64,000 bases of DNA, from the NCBI GenBank assembly GCA_964607285.1, contig CAZSJW010000001.1, forward strand, positions 2,514 through 66,513, given 5' to 3'. A program made the translations under genes and the position numbers. Positions 26,842 through 36,216 of the stretch are shown one piece after another. A model generated the notes under the pieces. The model did no database searches and was not told the DNA's origin. It worked only from the letters and a program-made list of their open reading frames with translations. Every line of letters starts with the position of its first letter. The stretch's first letter is position 1. Origin of the DNA: an uncultured Pseudomonadales bacterium (lineage in GTDB: Bacteria > Patescibacteriota > Microgenomatia > UBA1400 > PJMF01).

Positions 26842-28986
26842 ATGCCCAAATCAGTTCCACAGTTGCTCAGGAAATCACTTAGTTCCCTATTGTTTCACTT
26901 GCCTGTGATTGTGTTGGGCATGTTTTTAGCAGCGTGGTTTACATTCCCTGCTATCACCCAACTGCGAACACACTTCATCGGTGATGGTGGAGATAACTAC
27001 CAGTACGCAGGTTTTCAGTACCTAGTAGCTACTAACATCGATTCTGGCAAGTGGCCGTATGCTGCTTTGCAGAGTTGGTACTATCCAAATGGTTTTGAGT
27101 TTGCTCGTGGGTATGACAGTGTTTTGTCTACACTGGGTGGTGGGTTGTTGGTTTTGTTGACTAGGGATTTAGCCTATAGCTATAACTTAAGCATCCTCTT
27201 CTCCTTCCTTTTCAATTTTTTAGCAGCATACGCGCTGTATTGGAATCTGAGCCGCTCTCGGATGTGGGCAAGTGTGGGTGCGGTGCTGTTTGGTTTCTCG
27301 TTTTATGCACTCGCACGGGCGGGGGGGCATGCGAACTTGTTGCTGATTGGTGGGTTTCCCTTATTCCTTTTGAGTCTGCTGCAGTTGCTACGTAAACAAG
27401 AGTGGCGAGCGGTGCTTCTGTTGGGTTTGGCTAGTATTTTGCTAGTGTTTAGTTCTTTACAGTACGCGCTAATGGCAGTGGCAAGTTTATTGATCGGTAT
27501 ACCACTGGTTGCATTAGTGTATCCAGAAGCAATGGGGGCAGTGCTGTTCAAAAAAATACCAGCTGCGTTTTTGCAGTTAGCGGTCGTAGGATTGTTTGTG
27601 TGTGTGGTGGCTGCACCATTTGTTTGGCCATTTATCCATGCATATCAGGCACAGGATTTTTATCAGCGAGGCGAGTTCGACTTTAGTCCTCGTATGGTGG
27701 ATTTATTGCTGCCAAACCCATATTTTCCTGTTCCCTTGAGTTCGCTATTACCAGTTGTTCCTGGTACGGTGGGGATTGAACAGACGATTGCGCTTGGACC
27801 TGTATTTTTTGTGTTGATTGTTTTTTTGCTGTGGAGGTTTCGCAGGCAGCATGTAGTGGGCTTAGCGGGTTTGGTGCTCACGGTATTTGGCATTTTGGCA
27901 CTAGGCACGCGTAACCCTGAGACAGGCATCATCTTGCCTTACCACTTGCTGAGTTCGGTCTTCCCATTTTCGGCAATTCCTGAGGCTGGTCGGTTTGTGG
28001 TGGTTATGAATGTTGTAGGTGGGGCATTGATTGCATCATATGGCAAGAAGATTTTTCGAGGGCGGGCAGCTCGTGTGTCACTTGGGATGTTTGTCTTAGT
28101 TTTGCTCATTCTTGAACGGTCAAGTTGGGGCAAGTTCTTTCAGCTGCCAGTACCGAGTTTGGGGTTAGCGCAAGCAGTGCAGGCACAACCAGGTGCTGCA
28201 GTCTTGGAGCTGCCACTGTTTGAGCAGCGACAAAGTGTCTCACCTGTGTACTTCCACAAAGCTACCCTCACTGGAGAACCGCACTGGCTGGCGCATACTC
28301 CCCAGGCTATGGCTTTTTTGCAGGGTAATCCTGCGCTGGCGGGGTTGACGTGTTTTGATCGCACGCATTTGACAGGGACGGTGCCAGGGCAAGGTTTGAG
28401 CATTAGCACAGAGGAGCGCGCAGCCTTTTTCAAGTACCTCAAAACTGCAGGTGTTCAAACTGTGGTGATCCGCAGGGATGGAACGCTGTACTGGGATATG
28501 TGTCGTGAAACACTTGCACGGATTGATCAACTTTTCCCACAGTATCTTACTGCTGAAATCACTGCGCAGGGAGCACAGTCAGAGACGCAGATGTTTTGGA
28601 GTGGAGAGGCGTTCACTGGTGGGCTGTACTTCCCAAGTAGTGGAGCTTTAACTATTCATGGCTTTTCCTATATGCCCTATGATGAGCAACCAGAATTGAG
28701 GATTGATGGTCAACAGGTGTCTGCTGAGCAGTGGAGCTATGAAGTTTCAACGCATGAGAGCGGGGAGCGAATGGTCTTTGTTCGTACAGGCGCAGCTGGT
28801 GAGCGACACCAGGTATCTGCTGGAGCTACGCTGGAAACGACTATTGCTAAAACGCCGCAACACCGGGGGGTGCTGACACTTTGGTACACGTATGAGCCAG
28901 TGGGTGCTGAAGAGCTACAGCTACAGGATGGAGTAGTTACAAAAGTGTATGAGGAGTCGGCTGTGGAGGTGTGGCGGATTGAGTGA
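26842..28986 (+). CDS. Large polytopic membrane protein (~715 aa), possible GT-C-like glycosyltransferase
   Basis: About 12 TM helices. Acidic first loop FIGDGGDNYQYAGFQYL...WPYA. Soluble C-terminal domain. The track start at 26704 overlaps the upstream gene; ATG 26842 is preferred. Family assignment is weak. Confidence 0.55.
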   Translation: MPKSVPQLLRKSLSSLLFHLPVIVLGMFLAAWFTFPAITQLRTHFIGDGGDNYQYAGFQYLVATNIDSGKWPYAALQSWYYPNGFEFARGYDSVLSTLGGGLLVLLTRDLAYSYNLSILFSFLFNFLAAYALYWNLSRSRMWASVGAVLFGFSFYALARAGGHANLLLIGGFPLFLLSLLQLLRKQEWRAVLLLGLASILLVFSSLQYALMAVASLLIGIPLVALVYPEAMGAVLFKKIPAAFLQLAVVGLFVCVVAAPFVWPFIHAYQAQDFYQRGEFDFSPRMVDLLLPNPYFPVPLSSLLPVVPGTVGIEQTIALGPVFFVLIVFLLWRFRRQHVVGLAGLVLTVFGILALGTRNPETGIILPYHLLSSVFPFSAIPEAGRFVVVMNVVGGALIASYGKKIFRGRAARVSLGMFVLVLLILERSSWGKFFQLPVPSLGLAQAVQAQPGAAVLELPLFEQRQSVSPVYFHKATLTGEPHWLAHTPQAMAFLQGNPALAGLTCFDRTHLTGTVPGQGLSISTEERAAFFKYLKTAGVQTVVIRRDGTLYWDMCRETLARIDQLFPQYLTAEITAQGAQSETQMFWSGEAFTGGLYFPSSGALTIHGFSYMPYDEQPELRIDGQQVSAEQWSYEVSTHESGERMVFVRTGAAGERHQVSAGATLETTIAKTPQHRGVLTLWYTYEPVGAEELQLQDGVVTKVYEESAVEVWRIE

Positions 28987-29033
28987 GTGTGGTAGTATGT
29001 GATGAGTATAGTGTTTTGTGTAAAGGAGCAGAT

Positions 29034-29261
29034 ATGAACCAGTATAAGGAAATGTATTCAGCAACAATGCAGCGGCATGCTAATATGGTACTCAATGACT
29101 GGCTGATGAACCCAGAAACTCCGTTGGAGAAAATTCAAGAAGAAGAAGGTCAAATTAAATTAGCAATAGCCCGTGTTGAAAGAGGGGAAGTGACTTCTGA
29201 GCACAAAGTTGAGGAGTTGAAGCAGCGGTATACTGCTGTTTTGGGGGTGAATTGGAGTTAG
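29034..29261 (+). CDS. Hypothetical small protein
   Basis: ORF MNQYKEMYS...; charged and helical; translationally adjacent to the preceding gene. Confidence 0.35.
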   Translation: MNQYKEMYSATMQRHANMVLNDWLMNPETPLEKIQEEEGQIKLAIARVERGEVTSEHKVEELKQRYTAVLGVNWS

Positions 29262-29313
29262 CTTTATTGTGTAGACTTGTGTGGCTTTAGCACTCATAGA
29301 TCAGAAATCGTAA

Positions 29314-29397
29314 CAAAAAACCCCCTCATCATTGCTGATGAGGGGGGCTAAACTACGGCTTCTACTGGTGTAGCGAGTGAGCCAGAACTACGAACTT
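29314..29397 (-). ncRNA. Candidate small RNA (~85 nt) with a near-consensus sigma-70-type promoter and intrinsic terminator
   Basis: Minus strand: -35 TTGTCA (plus 29426-29431), 16-nt spacer, -10 TATAAT (plus 29404-29409), then about 85 nt ending in the 29321-29347 hairpin plus T-run. No ORF of reasonable quality. Internal hairpins such as CUAC-ACCA-GUAG. Confidence 0.35.
29321..29347 (-). terminator. Intrinsic terminator; the T-run is on the minus strand
   Basis: CCCCCTCATCA-TTGC-TGATGAGGGGGG hairpin. The plus strand has an A6 run upstream, which is a T6 run after the hairpin on the minus strand. Confidence 0.55.
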
Positions 29398-29512
29398 CTT
29401 AAAATTATACTAAATTTCTATTGCCTGACAATTAGTGAATTCCAGGCTCTAGTCAGTTGTGGAGGCGACCCCGCCATGGCGGGGCAAGCCAGAGTTCGTA
29501 GTTCTGGCTCTA
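29377..29512. repeat. 18-20 bp perfect inverted repeat pair spaced ~100 bp apart, flanking the candidate sRNA promoter (MITE-like or RNA stem)
   Basis: GAGCCAGAACTACGAACT at 29379-29396 is the reverse complement of AGTTCGTAGTTCTGGCTC at 29493-29510. A perfect palindrome CCCCGCCATGGCGGGG lies inside at 29469-29484. Confidence 0.8.
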
Positions 29513-29903
29513 CACCGGTAGCGCCCCCACAGCTGACAGGTGTAGTGTATTTTCTGATCTTTACGCAAACTGTAGCGTTCTTGTTGCAGCAAGTGCTTTT
29601 GTGGCATGCACTGGTGTTTGATCTGTTGCAAACTTTTGGGTTTTCAACTTGGTGGTGATGTTATTACGCGGTTGTAGCAGAGCAGTTTAGCTTACTGGAA
29701 ATTGAAGGGTTGGTTGATAAAACAGTTTAACTAGCGTATGAGCGTTGTAGTTCATTTCAGCTATGATGGACATTTTGTGGTGTGGTGAGAATGTTGAGGA
29801 TTGGGATAAGATTAATAGTGGGTGTATTGGCAAAAAGGGGATTGTGGTGGAGGAAGTAAAGAAAAAGTTGAGATTGTAGAGGTTTTTGAGCATGATGAGG
29901 CAA

Positions 29904-29933
29904 TAAAAAGCCCGTCTTGGGGACGGGCTTTTC
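29904..29933 (-). terminator. Rho-independent terminator after the 29951-30604 gene; near-identical to the 23511 terminator
   Basis: AAAAGCCCGTC-TTGGGG-ACGGGCTTTT, compared with AAAAGCCCCTC-TTGGGG-GAGGGGCTTTT at 23511. Confidence 0.6.
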
Positions 29934-29950
29934 AGTGAGTGTTATGGGGG

Positions 29951-30604
29951 CTACGGTGAGGAAAACAAAGCAATCTTGGTCACGAATTCCTGAAACCAGG
30001 TAGCACAAAGTACATTTCGCGACAAAGCTTGTTCAGCGTATGTCACACAATAACTTGTGCGTTGCTCTGATGTCAGGAGTTGCTCGGCTCGCTGGAATGC
30101 CCATGCGAGGTGTTCTGGCGTGATATAGGACTGGTGCGGGTTCAATCCCGCAGTAGCCAATCCATTCACACTTTCACACTGCACAACGAGGGGGTGACCC
30201 AGGGCCACGTTCCCCTCGTCTAATTTCCAAACGCTTCCGTTGACCCATCCCGTTCGGTCGGCCATAGCATCAACTTCTGCGCGTCCGTTGGCTTGGCACG
30301 CGCTGTGTGCATTTGCTGGGTTGGTCGAGCCGCCCCAGGGGCCGATAACCAGGACAGTGGCGTTTTCCAGGCATTGCCAATTGTCCTTGGTAGATGTGGT
30401 TACACCCGCTCCAGACTCGTTTGTACCCTGGTAAACCAGGGCGTCTTGACCTGTACAAACGCGTTCGGTAAACACCCCAGGTGTTCCTGGGGCGGGGTCA
30501 GGAGACCCCGATTGCGCCTGTGCGGCTGGCGCGACCGGTCCAAGCAGGACAACGGCTAAAATGGCACCCAAAATGAGGCCAAGGACGATTTGATAGCGCT
30601 TCAT
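29951..30604 (-). CDS. Secreted Cys-containing hypothetical protein (GC-rich gene)
   Basis: Start ATG 30604 has AAGGAG 8 nt upstream. Signal peptide MKRYQIVLGLILGAILAVVLLGPVAPAAQA. G/A/P-rich with 8 Cys. The track's longer ORF extends upstream with no support. Confidence 0.6.
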   Translation of the reverse strand: MKRYQIVLGLILGAILAVVLLGPVAPAAQAQSGSPDPAPGTPGVFTERVCTGQDALVYQGTNESGAGVTTSTKDNWQCLENATVLVIGPWGGSTNPANAHSACQANGRAEVDAMADRTGWVNGSVWKLDEGNVALGHPLVVQCESVNGLATAGLNPHQSYITPEHLAWAFQRAEQLLTSEQRTSYCVTYAEQALSRNVLCATWFQEFVTKIALFSSP

Positions 30605-31289
30605 CGTTTTAAACTCCTTACTAGCGCAAACGTTAAATGACCTTTTCGTAGTCATCACGCCTATGCCTCTTTGCCATTTCTGGCAAGTCTGACATAGGAC
30701 CCTGCGCCCAAAGCACCTCGCTCGCTGCAACAAACTTGCAGACGGAACAAAGCCTTTAGCCACACGATCCTATGCCAAACATAGAGACAGTACGCTTTGA
30801 GGAGCACTGTATTTGGTAGCCGATGTGGTTTCCCACATCTTATTCCCACTTTTTAAAGAACAATCACTGGGCAAGGGTTGATGGTAGTCGAACGGCACAC
30901 GAGGTGACGCTCGAGCAGCTATCTAGCTTGCTCTTATCAGCAGTTATGCGAACAATCATTTGGCAGCAATTGCCAATGGTTTTTCGCGGTGAACCACTGG
31001 TATCAAGAAGAAACTTCTTGACACGTGTTTCAGTCCAAACTGGGGGGAGAGAAAGAAAGGGTGGACGGAAACAACTGTCAATAAGTCTGAGAGTCATGTC
31101 GTGCGTGGCCGCAACGTAAGTGCCATCAGGGGTGAAATTGATTCGAGCGATGGCAGAGCTCGAAGCTACATAAGGCATACGTATTACTAGATAGTACTAT
31201 AGCACAATTGGGCAGTGGTGTCAATGTTATGGGACTTTATCTTGTAGAGAATTTTTGTTAGAAAGAGAGTACTTTCTTCGGACACATAC

Positions 31290-32951
31290 ATGCAGTATCA
31301 TAGCTTTATGACAAACTTTGAATGGGAACCTGAGTGGGAAGATGAGGTGGAGCCAACACCTCCTGTTGTAATGACAAAACGACAGTTTTTACTGGATGCA
31401 GTCAGAACTGCAGCAGCAGTGGGTCTAGGTGCTGCTTTTGGTTACCCACTTGGCAGGTATGGGACTACTTCTCAAACGGAGCATCCAGACGCATCGGTAC
31501 CCCCTGTGGCTCAGGTTGATGCTCGTTTACAATCCTCATATCCTGAAACATATAGTTCGTACAAAGAGTATAGCTTTACCCCTCCAGAGAATATGCGGGC
31601 AGTGGCTGGCAATGGCAATTACGCACAGGAGGTGCAGCGCCGAGATCAGACGAACACGAGTGACAAGGGTATGTTTGACTCTGAACTGTTGAATACCCCA
31701 GATGGAGTGCCACATCAGCGCATTTTTTGCGAAGCCAAAAATAGAAAGACGGGGGAAGTAGAACGAGTACTTGTGTTGGATACTGATTGGTTCAGGGGTT
31801 TTCCTATCAGCATACAAAGAGCAAAGGTCTCACCAGACGGACGACTCATGCTGTTTTGGGGGACGCGGACCCTTGCAAGTATTGGTGGTGTGGATACAGT
31901 ACTACCAATACTAGAACCTAGTTCAAGTGATGATACACAGACACAAATCTGTATTGCCATGAAAATTTCTGATGCCCCTGCGCATACTCCTAAATTTACA
32001 ATACTAGGCAGTGATGCTACATATGCGTTTGACTCTCAGGGAGTGATTCATTCGCTAGAGACGACTCAATCATACACCATTGGTTTCTTTGGTGTACCAG
32101 AGCATAGAAATGAAGTAATACCAGCATTTTGTAAGCGGACAGCGCGAGATACTGTTTCTGGGTATTACGATCTTCAGTCTGAAGCGGGGACTACTTTTAC
32201 ATCAAAAGTTCAATTTGCTGAATCATTACTGCAGTCTACTCTGGGAGTTAGCAGTGAGTACAAGTTTGTTGGAGTGAGTACCCAGGTACCCCCAAGGCGA
32301 TTTTATGATCAACGGTTTGCAGTTTCGCCTGATGGGCTCGTTCTTGCAGTGAACACGAGGTCAGTCTTTTTCTTCGACCAGCAAACAGCAAGTTCAAAGT
32401 CGTCAGTGTCTTGTATTAGAAATTTGGGGTCAACTGGGAGCAATTCTGACTTTACCGTTGTGACAGCTTTCGATTACCCTGAAATTTTTGATCTTCGGGG
32501 AGCTGTCCAAGCGCAGGATGTTGAGTTGGTTGGAGTCCTTCCTGATGGAAAGTTTGTAGTTGCGTATGCGGTACAGAGACCGCTAGATGCTATGTACATG
32601 GGCACTGAAGTTCGCGCTTTAGGTGTTGTTACGCCTGTCCCTGTATGGGAACATCCCAATGGGTATACATTATCCTTAATTGTAATAGAAGGTGAAGTAG
32701 ATGCTGTGGTGCAGAAGGCTGGACATTTTGCTTTGACGCTTCGCAGTGGTGAAGTGGCACAGTTTCCAGAGAGTGCACTACAATCAGCACTAAAACCTGG
32801 ATCAATGTATTCGTTACACCCAGAAAAGGGTCCTAGTGCTCTGAAAAAAATTGGATACTTAGGTCTGGTCTTGCCCAGTTCTCCCAGTGAGGAAATGGCT
32901 CCCCCTGTTCCTAGACCTGCACCCAGGCGTTACTGGGAATCAGTAACATAG
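31290..32951 (+). CDS. Hypothetical exported or anchored protein (553 aa)
   Basis: N-terminal acidic segment, then TKRQFLLDAVRTAAAVGLGAAFG hydrophobic signal or anchor. Beta-rich body; no family recognised. Confidence 0.55.
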   Translation: MQYHSFMTNFEWEPEWEDEVEPTPPVVMTKRQFLLDAVRTAAAVGLGAAFGYPLGRYGTTSQTEHPDASVPPVAQVDARLQSSYPETYSSYKEYSFTPPENMRAVAGNGNYAQEVQRRDQTNTSDKGMFDSELLNTPDGVPHQRIFCEAKNRKTGEVERVLVLDTDWFRGFPISIQRAKVSPDGRLMLFWGTRTLASIGGVDTVLPILEPSSSDDTQTQICIAMKISDAPAHTPKFTILGSDATYAFDSQGVIHSLETTQSYTIGFFGVPEHRNEVIPAFCKRTARDTVSGYYDLQSEAGTTFTSKVQFAESLLQSTLGVSSEYKFVGVSTQVPPRRFYDQRFAVSPDGLVLAVNTRSVFFFDQQTASSKSSVSCIRNLGSTGSNSDFTVVTAFDYPEIFDLRGAVQAQDVELVGVLPDGKFVVAYAVQRPLDAMYMGTEVRALGVVTPVPVWEHPNGYTLSLIVIEGEVDAVVQKAGHFALTLRSGEVAQFPESALQSALKPGSMYSLHPEKGPSALKKIGYLGLVLPSSPSEEMAPPVPRPAPRRYWESVT

Positions 32952-32954
32952 CAG

Positions 32955-34391
32955 TTACTCTCTGGTTTCACTTGGTTTGATTAACACACTGCCACCAGCG
33001 GGCATGCCGCCTTGGGCGAGTCGGCAAAGTTTGAGAAACTCTTCTGGAGTTTTGGCATTTCGCAACTCAGATGTATGCTGTGATATGTAGGTAAGTTCTA
33101 GTGCTCGCTGATTTCGGTCAATGTTGTTGAGTGGATGAGAAGGAATTGTGAGCCCAAGTGCTTGCACGATTAATTTGAGTTCTTGAGGAGCGGTACGAAA
33201 ATCGTCCGAGAGTTCCTCATATTCTTGCCATCCAGCGTTCAGCTTGTTGGACAACAGTACTGTCTGCATAGCTTCATCTGCGGTCATGTAGAGTAATTTT
33301 CCTACAATTTTAGGATTATGAGAGTGTTCCACTATCTCTAGGCGAAGAAGTGTCCCATGCGGTTGCAGGGCGTTGTTGTCATGCAACAAGCTGACCGCAA
33401 ATGTGCACTGAGGTTGGGATACGTCATCGGCATCTACTTTGGGTAGTTGTACCACTAGTTCAAGATGGGGCGCATCCACAGGTGTAGCTAAGCTCTCATC
33501 CGCACTTTCTCGTACCAAAAGTTTTTGAGTGAGAAGTTCGCAAAAATGGGCAATAGCACTGAGTCGGTGATGTTCTGCCACCAGATCGTACCCCTTATGC
33601 CAAACTTCATAAATGTTTTGCTGCACTTGATCTAGATCTTTGAGCAGGTTGTGTTGCACGAGGTGGACATACAAGGCTAGAAAGTTTTGTAGAAGCTGGG
33701 GTTCGCCCAGTACAATATTGCTTAATCGGGCATTTGCCTCTTTGTTTGTAACCACAATACAGTCACTTTCCTCAATGCCTTCACCTACACGGATGGAGTA
33801 TCCATAGCCACCTGGTAATGGTTCAAGGTAGGGTTGCTGGAGTTTTGCGTGTTCTAGTTTGGTTGGATCAAGCAAGTACTCTGAGGGGTCCATAAACGGT
33901 GAGTTTCTGTCCCAATCTAACTGGGCAGCCTGCATGAGCTGTGTGTTGAATCGGCGGAGCAGCTTTGCGGGCGAGTACTCGCTAGGTACGTTGCCATATT
34001 GGTTGAGTGCGTGTTTTCTGATTTTTTGCTCATCGCTTTGTGTGAGCAAGTGCGCCAAGATTGTCTGCAACTGATCGGGTTTGCCAGTTCTATACAGATC
34101 AGTTGCTGTCACAAGGTCAACATACATCGTGTAGACCCAAGGGTTTTCTGGAACGGTGACTTCAGATACGAGAGCGATGAGTGCCTGAGGCATAATGGAA
34201 TCAGATAGTTGCAGCACCTCTGTGACCAAGGCTGTGTAGACCTCAGATAGTGGGTAGTTTCTCCAGCGAACGTTTGGGTACAAGATACGCAGTGGTACAG
34301 GTATGACTTGTCGTAGTTCAGTAATGAGTCTCTTGCTCTCTGCTTCGGCTATGCGGTGGAAGAGTCCTTCTGGATTGGTGGATGGGTGCAT
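32955..34391 (-). CDS. Hypothetical cytoplasmic protein (478 aa)
   Basis: Long ORF with no TM segments and no recognised motif; convergent with the previous gene. Confidence 0.55.
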   Translation of the reverse strand: MHPSTNPEGLFHRIAEAESKRLITELRQVIPVPLRILYPNVRWRNYPLSEVYTALVTEVLQLSDSIMPQALIALVSEVTVPENPWVYTMYVDLVTATDLYRTGKPDQLQTILAHLLTQSDEQKIRKHALNQYGNVPSEYSPAKLLRRFNTQLMQAAQLDWDRNSPFMDPSEYLLDPTKLEHAKLQQPYLEPLPGGYGYSIRVGEGIEESDCIVVTNKEANARLSNIVLGEPQLLQNFLALYVHLVQHNLLKDLDQVQQNIYEVWHKGYDLVAEHHRLSAIAHFCELLTQKLLVRESADESLATPVDAPHLELVVQLPKVDADDVSQPQCTFAVSLLHDNNALQPHGTLLRLEIVEHSHNPKIVGKLLYMTADEAMQTVLLSNKLNAGWQEYEELSDDFRTAPQELKLIVQALGLTIPSHPLNNIDRNQRALELTYISQHTSELRNAKTPEEFLKLCRLAQGGMPAGGSVLIKPSETRE

Positions 34392-34459
34392 GTGTAAGAT
34401 TTGTTAAAACTAAACAACCTCCAAGAATGGAGGTTGTTTCATGTTCGTATCAGTAGTAC

Positions 34460-34807
34460 TTAACTCAGTGAGCGTTTTAGTAAAAACGCACCTGCACCAG
34501 AGCCGATGCTGAATACAGCAGCAGCTGAGGTTTGGAAATCGAGAGCTGTGTCCACAGGAGTGTGCTTTTTACCGAGGACTTGGCCTTGGCGGAAAGTAAC
34601 TTTCTGTTTCTGCTCTGCTGATTGCTCACCTTTTGCTTTACATTCGGTTGTCTGACCGTATGCGCCAACCTTACATTCGAGTTCGATAGTTTGGTTTAGC
34701 TTCTGCTCTTGCTCTACAGTGTTGTTTGTAGCCTGGGCTTGGGTGGCAAATCCAGACATCACTAGTGCAGCAGTTGCGATTGCAAATGAGAGTTTTAGTA
34801 TGTTCAT
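34460..34807 (-). CDS. Hypothetical small secreted protein
   Basis: Signal peptide MNILKLSFAIATAALVMSGFATQAQA; 115 aa; K/E/Q-rich. Confidence 0.45.
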   Translation of the reverse strand: MNILKLSFAIATAALVMSGFATQAQATNNTVEQEQKLNQTIELECKVGAYGQTTECKAKGEQSAEQKQKVTFRQGQVLGKKHTPVDTALDFQTSAAAVFSIGSGAGAFLLKRSLS

Positions 34808-34920
34808 AAACGATCCTTTTAGATCTACTTGTATCGAGTAGATGGGATTGTACCGCAAGAATGTCTTATTGTCAATAGTTATAGGGTGTTTTGTGCGGAA
34901 GCGTTACAGATGAGCGTTTA

Positions 34921-36201
34921 TTAGTAATTGACGTGCAAGTAGAAGGTGCTGATGTCTGAGTCTTTGTGCTTTACCTTGACGTATCTGAGTTGGCCTCCTC
35001 CACAAGAAATGCTACCGCGGAATAGCTCACCGTCCTTGACTGCCTTCACCGTGTAGTCTTGAGATTTGCTGGCCATGTCAATGCCCGTATGTGGAGCACC
35101 ACCATAAGCTCGGCGAACACGAGCATAGTACGTCATCCCGTACCCCTGGTTTATTTTTGCAGGATCACTGAGCGGCCACTCCCAGTCTCCGCCGAAACCG
35201 AACGCACCATCTGGGTCATTGTTCCAAGCCGCTGAAATTGGTTTTAGGTATCCTGCAGGGTTATAGTTTACGCCGCCGCGAACAACTTCAAAATGCAAAT
35301 GGGTGCCATTTGAACAAGTTGATGCTCCTACAATAATAGAAGCAATTTTATCTCCTTGGGAGACATTTCCTACTTTAGACTCACTTCCTTTTCCAGCAAT
35401 GATAGATTGGATAGCGTTTAACTCAGCTAAGGTTTTCTCAAGCTCTGCCTGGTACTTTGCTTCGTTGTTGCGGGTTTCGGTAAGAAGAAACTGCTGCTCT
35501 TGTTTTTGTTTCCCTAAGGCTCCGCGCTCCACTTCGAGTTTAGTTTGTTTAGTTTGTACTTCAGTTTGTTTCTTTTCTTTTAAGGCTTTTTGATCGTCAT
35601 ACTCTATGCGTTGGCTTTCAGCTTTACCCATGGCAAGTGCTGTTTGTTGACCCGCTTCTGTGACATACTTATACTGTGAGACTAGATGATTAAATGAACC
35701 TGAGGATGCTAATAAGACTAATGGGGTGGTTTGGGCAGTTTTGTACTGACTGCGAATGCGATCAATCAGCACAGTGCTTAGGCGGTCCAGCGAAACGTTG
35801 AGACCACTGATGCGAGTAGTGAGTTCACGAATTTCTCTCTCCAGTTGCTCAATTTCAGTTTCCAGCTGGTTGATTTCCAGTTGCTGGATAGTGATTTTAC
35901 CGTTGATGATACTAATGGTATTAGTGAGGGTAACCTTTTGTGTTCCTATTTCTTGCAGTTTTGATTGCAAGCAGCTTTTTTTATCATCAATACACCGTAA
36001 GTATTCATCTTCGACCTGCAGGTTTTTATCACAAGCTATGGTGCCACAATCGTCTGCAGCGTACAGGGGGGTAGTACGAATTTGGAAAATAATACCAGCG
36101 CAAACGCCAATAGCGACTATGGCTGTAAAAAATTTGAGAAAAGTAGTGTGCATGCGACAAGCATTACAGTACCAGAAATATGCTGTTTTGTCAGTCCACA
36201 A
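34921..36201 (-). CDS. M23 family metallopeptidase with N-terminal TM and coiled-coil (EnvC-like murein hydrolase activator)
   Basis: C-terminal HxH motif CSNGTHLHFEV. Long coiled-coil (QLEINQLETEIEQLEREIRELT). TM helix after the probable start at 36153. Lies immediately downstream of ftsX. Confidence 0.78.
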   Translation of the reverse strand: MWTDKTAYFWYCNACRMHTTFLKFFTAIVAIGVCAGIIFQIRTTPLYAADDCGTIACDKNLQVEDEYLRCIDDKKSCLQSKLQEIGTQKVTLTNTISIINGKITIQQLEINQLETEIEQLEREIRELTTRISGLNVSLDRLSTVLIDRIRSQYKTAQTTPLVLLASSGSFNHLVSQYKYVTEAGQQTALAMGKAESQRIEYDDQKALKEKKQTEVQTKQTKLEVERGALGKQKQEQQFLLTETRNNEAKYQAELEKTLAELNAIQSIIAGKGSESKVGNVSQGDKIASIIVGASTCSNGTHLHFEVVRGGVNYNPAGYLKPISAAWNNDPDGAFGFGGDWEWPLSDPAKINQGYGMTYYARVRRAYGGAPHTGIDMASKSQDYTVKAVKDGELFRGSISCGGGQLRYVKVKHKDSDISTFYLHVNY

Positions 36202-36216
36202 CTTGAGGAAGTGTCG

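Noticed and set aside
29377-29658. 93-aa plus-strand ORF across the inverted-repeat / sRNA region
   Set aside because: It spans the palindromes and promoter elements, has no RBS and has odd composition. The region is better explained as a non-coding structured element.
29530-29900. tmRNA or RNase P RNA in the strongly strand-skewed (G/T-rich plus strand, C-poor) spacer
   Set aside because: No GGGG...UUCGAC 5' domain, no tag-reading frame ending in a stop before a tRNA-like 3' end, and no AGGAAAGUCCGGGCUCC P4 motif were found. The skew is noted but unexplained.
30136-30152. tRNA/tmRNA-like T-arm GCGGG-TTCAATC-CCGCA
   Set aside because: No complementary 5' acceptor strand, D-arm or anticodon arm could be built around it. 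It lies inside a CDS with signal peptide and RBS support, so it is coincidental.
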